A stretch of 64,000 nt of DNA from positions 124,001 through 188,000 of the forward strand of contig SMSO01000025.1 in the NCBI GenBank assembly GCA_004764695.1, in the 5' to 3' direction. A program made the position numbers and the translations under genes. Positions 13,130 through 25,726 of the stretch are shown piece by piece. A model generated the notes under the pieces. The model was given only the letters and a program-made list of their open reading frames with translations, did not search any database and was not told the DNA's origin. Every line of letters begins with the position of its first letter. Positions within the stretch are counted from its first letter, which is position 1. Source of the stretch: Schizochytrium sp. TIO01. Taxonomy: Eukaryota; Protista; Bigyra: Labyrinthulomycetes.

Positions 13130-13329
13130 ATCTTTTCTTTTTTTTTAAATCTTTTGCTAAGTCTCCTTTGTCCTCTGTTTCTCTGTCTCCAACATTCGAC
13201 GAATTGCTCGCTGCTCCATAGCGCCTGCAGCGCGCCAGCACCGCCAGCCTCGCCCTCAATCACTCTCCAGCCTCTCTCCTATCTGCTCAGCCAGCCCCCC
13301 ACGCTCACTTACCTTCACACGCACAAACT

Positions 13330-14460
13330 ATGCTCTCTCGCACGGCCATCCGCGCGGCCGTCTCCGCAAGGAGCGCCCTGCCGCACCTCCATGGCGCCTC
13401 TGCTGGTGTCTCCGCCTTCGCTCCGGGTCTGTCGAAGGCTTCCCTCATGGTTTCTGGTGTCTCATCGCGCAACTTCCGTGTTTCGTGTGCTCTTTTTGAG
13501 AAGATCACGGTACCCGTGCCCGCCATGGGTGAAGCCGTGACATCCGGCGATCTCGTGGAATGGCTCAAGCAGCCTGGTGACCGCGTGGAGATGGATGAGG
13601 TCATCTGCGTCATCGAGACCGACAAGGTCGCCGTGGATATTCGCTCTCCTGCCGCCGGAACCCTCGTCGCCCAGCTTGCCAAGATCGAGGAAACCGTCAA
13701 CACGAACCAGCCCATCGCCGAGATCGACGCCTCTGACGATGCCGCTTCTTCTCCCAAGCCTAAGGAGGCCACCCAACCCGCCCCGGAGAAGACATCCGAA
13801 GCTGCTGCTGAACCCGCAGCAACGGGTGAGGTGACAACCATCCCGGTGCCTGCAATGGGCGAGGCCGTGACCCAGGGAGACCTCGTGGAGTGGCTCAAGC
13901 AGCCTGGTGACGCCGTTGCTGTAGACGAGGTCATCTGTGTGATTGAGACTGACAAGGTTGCCGTTGATATCCGCTCGCCGGTCGCAGGAACCCTAACCAA
14001 GCAGCTTGCTAGTGTGGAGGAAACCGTACACACTAACCAGCCTATTGCTGAGATCCAGCAGGGCGCAGCACCTGCCAAGACCTCCGCTGGAGAGCCCTCC
14101 AAGGAGGCCCCGCAGAGCGAGGCCGCACCTGCTCAGGATTCTGGCGCCAAGGCTCACTCAGACCTTCACCTCGCACCGCTCAAGCCGCCCATGATCCACT
14201 TTAGATACGGAAAGCGCGATGTCATTGACCGTGAGATGGGTCTCTACGAGACCAAGGAGGCTGCCCCTGCCCAGACTTCCAGTTCTGCACCTGCGCCCCC
14301 CGCCGCACCCAAGGTATCGCACACTGAGGTCAAGGCCGCCCCGGGATTGCCAAAGACCATCGTGGAGTACGTCGACCTGCCGGCCAGCTATGGACGCTTG
14401 CCGCCGCTCTCTGACGAGGAGGCGCTTCGTATCCAGCTTGGAGGCGCAGAACCTTACTAG
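13330..14460 (+). CDS. Mitochondrial tandem lipoyl-domain protein with C-terminal KGD4/MRPS36-like module and no acyltransferase domain
   Basis: Arg/Ser/Ala-rich transit peptide. Two near-identical lipoyl domains (VPAMGEAVT.GDLVEWLKQPGD...VIETDKVAVDIRSP). Ala/Pro linkers. Then PPMIHFRYGKR and LPASYGRLPPLSDEEALRIQLGGAEPY*, resembling the two conserved blocks of KGD4/MRPS36. Strong C/G-ending codon bias. Confidence 0.8.
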   Translation: MLSRTAIRAAVSARSALPHLHGASAGVSAFAPGLSKASLMVSGVSSRNFRVSCALFEKITVPVPAMGEAVTSGDLVEWLKQPGDRVEMDEVICVIETDKVAVDIRSPAAGTLVAQLAKIEETVNTNQPIAEIDASDDAASSPKPKEATQPAPEKTSEAAAEPAATGEVTTIPVPAMGEAVTQGDLVEWLKQPGDAVAVDEVICVIETDKVAVDIRSPVAGTLTKQLASVEETVHTNQPIAEIQQGAAPAKTSAGEPSKEAPQSEAAPAQDSGAKAHSDLHLAPLKPPMIHFRYGKRDVIDREMGLYETKEAAPAQTSSSAPAPPAAPKVSHTEVKAAPGLPKTIVEYVDLPASYGRLPPLSDEEALRIQLGGAEPY

Positions 14461-15599
14461 ACTGATTAAAGAGCTCCGCAACAGCAAATATGAACTACAG
14501 AAACGAGATCGAACTGATGTCCTACCTTTACATACGTGCGATCGCGCACTCTTTAGCACGCCCGAGTACCATCTTGGATTAATTTTTGAATTGATCCATG
14601 CTTGGTTGGCGGTGTGAATCATGTGCGGGTGAGCTATCTCGATGCAAAAACGTGGGGGTCTGTGGAGTCTCATCAAAGAAACAGCTGAAATTTTGCTTCA
14701 GATTGTATATCAGCAGCACCCAGCACCAGCCGAACGCGCCCGATTTGCCTTCACCGCACCTTGTGCTACCTTTTTAGGCTGACTGATTCATACACTACTG
14801 ATTGTCCGTCATCGACGTCCGTACTGCGTGCCTTCAACCTCCACCTTACCTGTTTAGCATCATCTGCATGTGGCTTATTTTTCTTCTTCTTACGGCATGA
14901 GCAATCCCTCTTCTTTCTCTCTCTCTCAACCTCTGTGTCTTAGAAGTTGCTGCTCTTACCCTGGCGCAACAGTTCAAATGAAAATTTGTCGTCTTTACAC
15001 AACAAGTCAATCAGCATCATGCATGTGCCTTTTTACACACGATCCCAAACATGGTAACCTCCCCTTTCAAAAAAGAAAACACAATAAAAATAACACAGCA
15101 AAAATACAAGGATTCAAGGCATGCGTGAGTTTTCTCTAGCATCTGCCTATCCCTACACTCACTCCTCATTTAACCATTCACATTACATAATACTCCCGCT
15201 AGTTTACTTCGGCTTTTCACTTTGTCTTTAATATATGCATCTTTTTGCTTCCTGAGAGATACTCATGGATTCTTTACAGAATCCCTTCTCATCTATTACC
15301 TATGGTAGATAGTAGTCCCAAGAGAGGGTTTTACGTGGTCGCACTCCTGACCTGCAATGAGGGTGCAAACTCCTCGTTTATTGGTTAAAGGGACAGAATT
15401 GACTTCCACGGTTCCGTATGCCTTTAATCATGGTACGCTGACCTTCGAGGTATAGGCTGATTTTTTGTTTTCTCTTAAATATGAATCGAAGAGGTGTGTT
15501 AAAAAAGGATGAATAATTCTACATTCGAAAAAAAAAATAATAAATCCAGCTTTTCAGTTTAGCATAATGTATTCAAGGGATATATATGTGTGCCATAGC

Positions 15600-15971
15600 T
15601 TACTCGTCGTGCTTCTCAATGCCCATAAGGGTGGGTGCCGCGCGAGCGCTCTCAAGGGGCTCAAAAATTGTAACGGCGTACTTGTTACCTGTCTCCTTTA
15701 GCTGGAGGATAATCTTGTGGTTAGTGCCTGCCACAACCTGGCGCTGGACGCCAAGGATCTTCACGTCAGCAACGTCCTTGATCTCAACCTTCTCACCAGC
15801 CTCCTTGGCCTTTTGGTTGAGCATCGGGATGAAGGTATCAAGAAGCTGATGGGTGGTCTCATCAGGCTCCTGAACAGTGCCAAAGCTGCCAACCAACTTC
15901 TGGTTGTGCGGCACCTCGTTACGGCGGTGCTCAACGTGCTCCTCACGGCGTTGCTGCTCGACGTCCGTCAT
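15600..15971 (-). CDS. Cystatin-family cysteine protease inhibitor, no signal peptide
   Basis: QxVxG motif (QRQVVAGTNHKIILQL), N-terminal Gly (LVGSFG), 123 aa, strong codon bias. Confidence 0.8.
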   Translation of the reverse strand: MTDVEQQRREEHVEHRRNEVPHNQKLVGSFGTVQEPDETTHQLLDTFIPMLNQKAKEAGEKVEIKDVADVKILGVQRQVVAGTNHKIILQLKETGNKYAVTIFEPLESARAAPTLMGIEKHDE

Positions 15972-18070
15972 TTTACGTTAGGTATATGGTGCGGTTGACT
16001 TTGTAGGTCTTGACTAGAGTTCGAGTTTTGGTTTTTGGTTTTTGGTGTTGTGGATTTGCTGGATCAAGTTTGCCAAGCTTGCGGTGAGCTGAGTCGCTAG
16101 CTATTGTAGTACATAAGTCAATAGTAATTAGAATTGAAGAATATCTGGACCCTTAGGAGTTCGTGCACCAGCCTCCCCAGCAGAAGCTGGACTCACAAGT
16201 GAAGCGCCCACAACCGCTGAGCTTCTTCGAGACGAATCGACACTCAGTCCCATACATTCGTCGTGAACATTGGTTCACAACCCCTTTCGTAGTATGCTCG
16301 CAGTAAGTCCAGTGAAAGTGCCATCTTGAGCAGGATGGCTGCGAGTTCGCTCCATAACGACTGCCCGGATAAGCGCACACAGCATCAAATCCCGTCGAAG
16401 ATATTGCCAGAATCTCACGAGCGCGATTGGCAAACGTTGAATGAAAACGTACGCTCAGTTCGCAAACGCAAAGTAAAATATATGAGTCTCTGGACCAACT
16501 GGAGCAGTGTTTCTGCGTGCACTTGTGCGCCTCTGCATCCGCCCCCTGCCAAGAATGCTCATGCGAAGCAGATCAGAACTGGTTCTGAGGCACATCGAGG
16601 CTCTCCAGACTCTCACCATGTTCCCAAGAACACGCATCACGTGGGCCATCCCCGCGTACCCCATGGGCACCCCAAGGTTGTAGTACACACCACATTACAA
16701 TGGTGTCCCCGGGGACGAGGCGTGACTCAGCTTAGGTACTCCTGCTTCTACCAAGGTTCAACGGTCAAGTTGGAGACGTCTGTGGTTTGCAGTGAGAACC
16801 GTTCTGGTGGAAGAAGCAGAGTAAACGCGACTGCTGGTGGACACTTTTTAGTAAGAGAGGGGCATTTCTACCCAGCATAGCGGAGATACGCCGTTGCTTT
16901 TCTTGATTTTGCGGTGGGTTTTTACGGACGTGAAGGCCAGCCTGGTGAGACATGACAAGGCCAGCCGTGGCATGAGCGTAATCAAAGCTATCATCATAGT
17001 TCAAGATATTCCCTGCAGAAGAAAAATAATTAGAAATTTAAGGCCGTTTTCCAATAGTCTTATATCTGTTTTACCTGTGAATAAGAAGTAGAACTTTTCT
17101 GAAGGCATATCCAGAGTTTTTGTCAAGATCACAGTGCAGCTCGCTTAGCTTTCAACATTAAAAAACTTTTTAATTTAAAGTAAAATTGTGCATTATGGGT
17201 GTGCGAGCTATTTCTTTGCTTCCAGGCATTGCTTTGCTTCATAAATAACCAACCATGACCTTGCACGTCGACACTTGCAATTTTTGCTTCTTATCTTACA
17301 AATGTTTACTTTTCCTTCTCTCCCTGTTTATCTCTTTCACTCCACCCCTACTCATTCCTTTTCAATGTTTGACACCAACCTGAAACGATACTAGTTGAAA
17401 TTTTACACCTACCCCGGTTCTAACTAACAAATTATACAAATGCGGCTAACGCAACTATTGTAAACCTCATGTATGCACACAAGCAGACATACAGGTATGC
17501 ATGTATAACCAGCTCATGTAACTTCTAGCGGATAGTTAGTCAATTCAAGTAAGCGAACAAGACAACTCGAGCAATAAAAGCAAAATACCAATACATAACT
17601 TGTGCGCTGCCATATTATCAGGAACAACTCTGTTAGGTTCAAGGCTGCGCGGCCTGTGCCGACACGGGCGGCGCCACGGGAGGTCATCTGGCAGGTCACA
17701 TAGACAGTATACTCAAGGTGCTAGAAGGTGCTTACGTCTGCGCACGAACACCTGTTTGTAGAAATTATTTCACTCCTGCCAAAGACAAAACGCAGTGAAG
17801 CAAGTCAGAGAGATACCGACACTTTGGAGACAATTGGCAATCGAGGAGCAAGAACAAACAACAAATAGTCCAAGTACTGCAGGGGATCTACTGCACCTCT
17901 CTTGTATTCGGAAAGCACCGTGGCTACATCCAAAGCCTCTTGTAGCCTTTTTGTGCGTCTCTCTTTCTGGGGAAGCAGTCTGTAAGTCAGCCCGTCAGTG
18001 CGTGTTTATTGATGAATTTCTGACGGCAGACTTTCACCGGGATAGTATCGCGTATTATTGAATTGCCACC

Positions 18071-20926
18071 ATGGCGGGTGTCAACCCAAACCAGATTTTA
18101 GCATCTATTGAGCGCACGAGAGCTCTTCAGCGCCCACGTGAAGAAACCACATTTAATGGAGATCTAAGTGCGTTAGAATCGGCTGAGGGGTTCGGCCCAA
18201 GCGGTGTTGACTATCTGCGTTTTCGTGATGAAGAATTTATTGGAATGGGCCTCTCATCAGGCTACTCACGCTCAAAGGTCGTTCCTTTACCTACAGTGCA
18301 AGATGAGTCCGAATATAGCGAAACAGAGTCCGACGCCTCAGATGAAGGTCCAACCGCTAGAAACAGTCATGACACTAATCATAGCGACAGCTTGAGGGCA
18401 GCAGCCTCTCGAGACAGCGCAAAGTCAGGTGCATCAGGCAATACGAGTGATGATGACGCAAAAAACGCTGATTCTGACGAGGCTCATCAAGACTCCATTC
18501 CGAATCTGAATAGAAGAGAAAGTATTCTTCGCAATTCGACCTCTGAGCACACATCGAGCGAAAAGTTTAATCGGCAAGCACTTAAGTCAGACGTACCAAG
18601 CTCCCCAGCACCGACATCTCCAACAACAAACCGTGGTGCTATTTCTTCAGGCCGCGGCCGACGTAGCAGTGATGCATCACGCGCGTCTCGTCGTACTAGT
18701 GAAGAAATCATAAATGCAGAAATGCAAGATGGACTTGGAGAATTACCATCAGTGGCGGGTCGACGTTTACAGGTAGAAAATGAAAAGATCGAAGAAACAA
18801 AAAAGCGCTGGCGAAAGGTTCGTCTGGCTACGAAGACAATGACAAAGATCAAACAAGTGGAGGAAGACATGCGCCTTTATGGAACGACAGCGCGTGATAT
18901 CGACGATACATATGACGAAACTGATCCACGGTATTATTCTCAGCAAGGATTCTCGTCAAAACCGAAATCAAAATTCATTCTAGAGCCTAAAAATCGTTTC
19001 CGCAGAATTTGGGAGGTTATGATGGTAGCAATGCTTCTCTACGTTGTAGTGACTGTCCCTGTAAGGGTTTGCTTTGATATTGAAGCTACTGGCGGAGCAG
19101 CGAATTTCGATCTTCTGGTTGACGTACTCTTCATTCTCGATATATTTGTTAATTCAGTATGTGCTTATGAAGACAGGAATGGTGAGCTGGTGGTAGACTT
19201 GAGACTCATATTTATACATTATGCTCGAACTTGGTTAATTATTGATCTCGTTGCTTCTGTGCCACTTTACAAGCTAATGTCCTATGAAGATGAAGCTCAA
19301 ATGAATCGTCTTGGCAAGATTGCACGTCTGCCTCGCCTTTTGCGGCTCATGAAGCTCTTGCGTTTGCTGAAGTTACTCCGCGTTTTCAAGCTTATGCGTT
19401 ACTTTCAACAATGGGAACGTCATAATATTGGGATGAATGGTGTTGTTACTCGTATGTTCAAGGTTATCTTTGGTGTTTTCATGGTAACGCATCTGATTGG
19501 ATGTTTTTGGTATTATATGGCATGGGCTGGACACGATGTGATCCCCATCGATAGTTGGGTCGTACAGTATGGTATTCAAAATCAAGACGACATTACCAAG
19601 TACCTAACATCAGTATACTGGTCTTTTAGTACACTCACGACAATAGGATACGGCGATGTAAGTTTGTGTAAATTATGGCAACGTGACCGTTGATTCATAA
19701 TGCAGAGAAAAGGTTAAGCATGGCTTGCACCGAATTTATGTAACATATTTTGAAAAGAAGAGTGCGGGGTCGGAGAAAATAATTATTGTTCACATGAAAG
19801 CAGAATACTAACATTGCTTGGATAACTGTTTTGGTCATTATCAAATTCATAGGTTCGGGCATCCACAAATCGAGAGAAACTGTTTAGTATAGTGTGCATG
19901 GTTGTCGGAGTAAGCTGGTATGCGTTTATTATCAGTACAATTTCCTCGATCGTCACTATGTTTGACCGACGAACTGCTGCTGTAAAACGCAAGCAACGCT
20001 TGCTCGTTGATTTTATGCGAGAAACATCAATGCCATGGGCTATGCGTAGGCGCATTATGACTTATTTTGATTACGTGACTACGCGAGAGGGCGGGGACGC
20101 AGACCCTAACGAGATGGCAAGTATTCTCTCCATGCTTTCGACCCAACTTCGTACAGAAGTTACTTTACATATCCACCGCAATCTTATCCCCAGAGTGCCT
20201 TTTTTCCTGAAAAAGAGTCCACAGTTTATCGCTTCTACAGTGGCAGTTCTCCGTCCTCTTCAATTTTCGAAGGGTGACTATATTTCTACTCGTGGGCAGC
20301 ACGCTGATGAAATGTATTTCCTTATTGAGGGACGTGCTGTCGTCGTCCTCGCTGATGGTCGAAAGTTTAAGTCCATTATCGCAGGCTCTTACTTTGGAGA
20401 AATCGGGTGCATTCTCTCAGAAAAACACCGTGTATCTATCGTAGCAGCCAATGAATGCCATATCTATGCATTGAGCAAGAACGATCTCAAGAATTTGATG
20501 GATGAATATCCTGATGTAGCTAGTGAAATCCGCCTTAATGCAAAGCGTCGTTTAGAACATGTCAATATGCGTCGAAACCTCTCCGCAGCAGGTAATGTGG
20601 ATGCTTCAAGCATCCGTGCACAAAACTTTCAGACCAGCTTTCCAGGAGTAGCGACTCGTGACCTTGAAAGTGACAACGACGCGGACGAAATTCGATCTCA
20701 GCTATCCGCAGCAAAAAGTTATAGTTCCCTTGCGGATGCTCAGTATGAAGAGCATGATGAAGATCTGGATGACAATGATTCTGGAGGTGCGATGAACACA
20801 GTCCAGTTTAAAGCCTTACAAACGTGGATGAGCAAAGTGGATCAAGCAATGGATCTTTTGATAAAGGAAAATCGGGAACTACGAGGAAGCTTGGATAAAG
20901 TTCAGTCAATGCTAGCTCAAAACTAA
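18071..20926 (+). CDS. Voltage-gated K+ channel with cyclic-nucleotide-binding domain (EAG/HCN/CNG superfamily); exons 18071-19657 and 19853-20926
   Basis: S4 KIARLPRLLRLMKLLRLLKLLRVFK. Pore TLTTIGYGD joined in frame to VRASTNREKLFSIVCMVVG across a GTAAGT...CATAG intron. C-linker and CNBD (MYFLIEG...GSYFGEIG). Confidence 0.92.
19658..19852 (+). other. Spliceosomal intron (195 nt)
   Basis: GTAAGT donor, TACTAAC branch point at 19806-19812, ATAG acceptor. Removal restores the pore-S6 frame. Confidence 0.9.
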
Positions 20927-21915
20927 CACAATCAATGAATACTAGCTACTTGGTGCTTCATTTAGTTTATGAAAGTAAAAGGATTATGGTCCATGTTTCA
21001 TAGTGAAGAGCATATTATATAAGTGACTGTGATGAGCGGTCATTTTGAATCATACTTCTTTTTTTTGGTTCTTCAATGGCAATCTCTTTTTGGTTCTTTG
21101 CTCACAGTACCCCAGGGAACGACAACAAAACTTAGAGAGCAAACATTCTCCAATTGTAAATGAACGAACCTCAATAGCGCGTTTAATATTGAATCATCTC
21201 CAAAGATTACATACCAACGGCGGGTACCTCATTTCATAACAAGATAAGCACTTTGTTTGTATTGCCTAGCCTTCGTTTTCTTTTTGTAGAAGAACACTTA
21301 ACTCAACCACTCATTTAAAAAAAAAAATGTTCTCTTCAAGCTTGTTTTCTAATTTCTAATTCATTATTTTTTTTTTTGGGGGGGGGGGGTTGCATCAAGA
21401 TTTGTCTAGGTCAATTGGATGCATTTAAGCTTTTATGGAAGCTCCAGGCAGGAAAACATGTGTGCATGCGATGGACCAGCAATGCGCAGTCCATAGTGGT
21501 TAATTGACACGAAGTTATGATGTGGAAAAGGCCATGCATGTATAAACTACATACATACGGGTTGATGTGCGTGTTGTGTGTTCCGCAGGCCATAAGAATA
21601 GTCAGTCCTACATTAGACACTAAACTCCTTGCAAGAAACATCTTGGGCGATTAGGCCATACTTGCTTTGGTTCCAATGTCTATGTAGCGCTGATATTGCA
21701 GAAGCAGCAGGATGAAGAATACAGAAAGGAAGGTGCAACATGATTTTTAGACCACCAGAGTAGAAGTCTAAGAATCTTGAACTTCCGTATTTTACTTGAA
21801 CCAAGTAAACTTCGCCAAGAAATGACCTTTTCAAGAACGTCATGGCTTTAAAAAGTACATTCACACAGTCTGGGAGATTTCCTAGACGTATCTACTTCGT
21901 AGGTGCATGTGTCCC

Positions 21916-21948
<33 letters not shown>
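21916..21948. repeat. (GA)n microsatellite
   Basis: Direct observation. Confidence 0.85.
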
Positions 21949-21950
<2 letters not shown>

Positions 21951-22028
21951 AGCGTTCATCACACATTAAAGGCTAGCCAGTGCTACACCGCTAGTAGCGA
22001 AGTCAACGGAACGAGGCACGCTTAAATT

Positions 22029-25000
22029 TTACACCTGCTTGAGGCCGCCAGGCTCATCGCTAAAGTCTACACCTCCAAAAGTGAAGCTTTGCTTGGATAG
22101 CGTTCCGTACGAACCTCCCTTGCGCCGCGCCTGTGGCTGTAAAAGGCCACGAGTCAGCAAACGTCTCGAGAAGAATTTAACTGTCTCATCCAGAACAATG
22201 ACGGGAAATGAAAACCAGAACACAGCGAGCCATTCATCAAAGGAGATCGGAGCAACAGAGAAAATGCCCGCAAGCGATGGAACATAGAGAATTGCAAAGT
22301 GCAACACAAAGGATAGGGCAATAGCAGCGAGCAACCAAATATTTGACCAGGGTGGGACGCTAAAGAGAGATTCATTCTCAGAAAGAGAGTTGAGGGCATT
22401 AAACATTTCAATCGTCACCAAAATCGAGAGAGCGATCGTGCTCGGGTGCTGAATCTGACCATCGTGGCCATGCTTGAAAATTTTGCATGAGTACCCAAGC
22501 ATCTGAGCTTCTTCCTCCTTACAAGACTCAAAGGAAATAAGCTGCGAGAATGAAATCTGAGGACCACCCTCAAACAGGGTGTACCACCAGCAAAAGCCAA
22601 GGACCACCGCCAATCCTACATAAAGACCAATGATAAAGTAGCGAAACGCCATCCAGGCATCCACAATGCCCTCCTTGCGGCTGCGTGGCTTACGACGCAT
22701 CACATCAGAATCCGGTACATTGAAAGAAAGAGCAGTTGCAGGAAGGCCATCGGTGACAAAGTTCACCCAAAGCAACTGGACAGGAATGAGAGCCTCTGGA
22801 GTGCCCAGCAGCGCTGTGAAGAAAATGCATGCAACCTCACCAATGTTGGAGGAGATCAGGTATCGAATGAACTGTTTGGTGTTAGCAAAGATAGCACGTC
22901 CTTGACGCACTGCAGACACAATCGTGTTGAAGTTGTCATCAACAAGAACCATGTCGCTTGCTTCACGAGCTACAGGCATACCAGAGCCCATAGCAATGCC
23001 AATATCCGCTTGCTTTAGCGCAGGAGCATCATTTACTCCGTCGCCTGTCATGGCTACCACCTCGCCAGCCTCCCGCAAATACTTGACAACCTCGAGCTTA
23101 TGCTTGGGTTCCACTCGCGAAAACACCGTCAGGCGGCGTACAGCTCGTCGTTGTTCTGCCACAGTCATCTGAGACCACATGGCGCCAGAAATAGATCTGC
23201 CACCAAGCGTGTCGTCGGTTGTATCCGAATCTACCGCAAGAAGCTCTTGATCACTCGCGCCTGCCATATACGGTTCATGTGCGTTTTCCTCAAGAATGCC
23301 AATTTCACGGCAAACGGCCTCGGCAGTTTCCTTGCCATCGCCTGTAATGACCATGACACGAATACCAGCACGTTGGCACTCCTGGATGGCAGTACGAACT
23401 TCCGGCCGGGGAGGGTCGTGCATGGCGACAACGCCAACAAAAGTCAACTGCTGTTCGATTGCCTCAAAGTGCTTCGCATTCGTGATGTCCAATGCTGTCT
23501 GCAATTCGTCAGGAGCCTCACCTTGAGCAAGTGCCAAACAGCGCAAACCTTGCGAGCCGAGCTCACGGACCTTCTCCATGAAGCTATCACGAAAAGCGTT
23601 TGAGATAGGCACAGTCCCCCCTGAGTTGAGCCTGGCGCGGTTGCAACGATGGATAATTGACTCGGGAGCACCTTTCACAAACAGGAGACGCTGGCGCATG
23701 CCTCCAACCGCCTGCGAAGCTTTGCTCGAAGCACCGGGGACTGCAGGAGCGCAAATAACGCTCATGGACTTTCGGGAGCGAGTGAACTCCAAAGTGGCTT
23801 CCTTCGTAAATTGCGACTCCCAAAAGTTGGAGCAGACACGTGCACTTGCAGTGATCAAAGCAGGATCCTCCCGACGCTGGATCATGACGCGCAAGTCTTC
23901 ACGATCATTTACGATCATGTCATTAGGCAAACCCAATTTCTCAACCATGACACGCAAGGCCGCTTCTGTGGGCTCTCCAGTCCGCACGAACTGATGAGTG
24001 GGGCGGTCGTAAGCGAGAGTTGCATCATTGCAGAGTGCAGCAATGCGGGCCAGGTCAGTCAGTGCAGGGTTTGATGCTGCTGGGTTTTCAATCACCATAG
24101 GGGGCTTTCCAGCAATACCAGAGGAAAGGGTGACGTTTCCGACGGGAGTATAATCGGCACCATCCACAGTCAACTCCAGAAGAACCGGATCACGTTTGGT
24201 AGAGTTTGCACCAGAACCGGTACTAGCGGATCCAGTCATAGCACTTGCAAAAGCAGCCATAGCCCCCATGGTACTATTAGGGCGTTCCACATTGTTGCCC
24301 GGGTTCACAGTTCCACGGTTGTCAGTTGCAATGAGAACCTTGTGAACAACCATTTGATTTGTCGTAAGGGTTCCAGTTTTGTCAGCGCAGATCACTGAGG
24401 TACAACCAAGAGTCTCTACACTTGGTAACGAACGAACAATGGCTCCTTCACGAGCCATCAACCGTGTACCTAAAGCCAAGCAAGTAGTGACAACTGCAGG
24501 CAAACCTTCAGGGATTGCAGCAACGGCAAGAGCGACAGCAATCTTAAAGTAGTAAATAGCTCCACGCAGAATACCTCCGTGGATGGGATCGTCAAAGTGG
24601 TGGATGTTGATGACCCAAACAACGATGCAAATAATGGCAATCCACTTGCTAAGCTGCTCACCAAATTCGTCAAGTTGAATCTTCAGAGGCGTCTTCTCTT
24701 GCTCTTGTTCAGAAATACTCCGGTGAATGTTTCCAATAGCCGTGTTAACTCCAGTAGATGTTACCACGGCAAGTCCACTACCACGAGTCATCAATGTACC
24801 AGCAAAGAGCATATTGATTTTGTCCTGGTTCACAAGTGAATCTGCCGCATTTGTGGCCTCGTAAAGTGTTTGTTCTGCTCCAGGAAGTACGCCTGAAGAA
24901 CTGCGAAGACGAGCAATTCTGTCCACCATCTTGAGGCAAGAGTCACTCTCTCCAGTCAGAACGGATTGGTCCACGGTGATCACCGACCCATGAATAACAA

Positions 25001-25726
25001 CTAGACGGCAATCTGCAGGTACCTTATCTCCAACACGGATCTTGATCAAGTCTCCAGGAACCAAGTCAGCAGCAGGTACTGTGTGCTCGCTGCCATCGCG
25101 AAGAACAAGGGCTTCTGAAGCCTCGTAGGCCTTAAGTTCCTGAATTGCCTTCTCGGCATTAGATTCCTGCACGACACCAACAATTGCGTTTGCAATCAAA
25201 ATAAGTAAGATCACAAGGGGCTCCATGAAGGCGGTGAGTTTGTCATCCTCGTCTTCAAAAATCGCAAGAATGAAAGAGATCAATGCAGCACCTAGCAACA
25301 GCAGCACCATAAGATCTTCAAACTGTTTCAGCACAAGCTTGAAGAACGGTGTCGGTTCCTCAGCAGGGAGTTCGTTTTTTCCATGGAGCATTGCGCGCTG
25401 CGTGGCTTCTTCATGACCTAGGCCTCGACTCAGACTCGTGCGAAGTGCATCGACGACCCTATCCAGTTTTAAACGCAAAGTTACAACAATCGACAAGCAG
25501 TTCGCAAGTTTAGAGTTGAGTTCCCGCACGGCAAGAAAGTACATGAAAGTTCAACAAATCAAGTAAGTTAAGCAACAAAGGACATCCAATCAGGTTAGTT
25601 ATTCGTCCTTCCATTTCAGGTCATCTGTCACCTGCTATCTCTCACGAATATCTTTCTCCGAAATCAAAATCTAACTTACTCTGTCACATCCAAGAACCAC
25701 GGTTCATTGTTCCTGTGTGAGAGCAT
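22029..25726 (-). CDS. P-type IIA (SERCA/ECA-type) Ca2+-ATPase; exons 25726-25680 and 25458-22029
   Basis: TGES, IPEGLP, DKTGT, KGAPE, DPPR, TGDGVND, SSNIGE, WVNFVTDGLP and IEMFNA motifs. Short first exon MLSHRNNEPWFLDVT joins in phase 2 across a GTAAGT...ATAG intron to (E)VVDALRTSLSRGL. Confidence 0.95.
25459..25679 (-). other. Spliceosomal intron (221 nt)
   Basis: GTAAGT donor and TAG acceptor with matching phase 2. Confidence 0.75.

Noticed and set aside
16150-17010. Cluster of short overlapping ORFs, possibly a decayed gene
   Set aside because: No recognisable motif or consistent frame.
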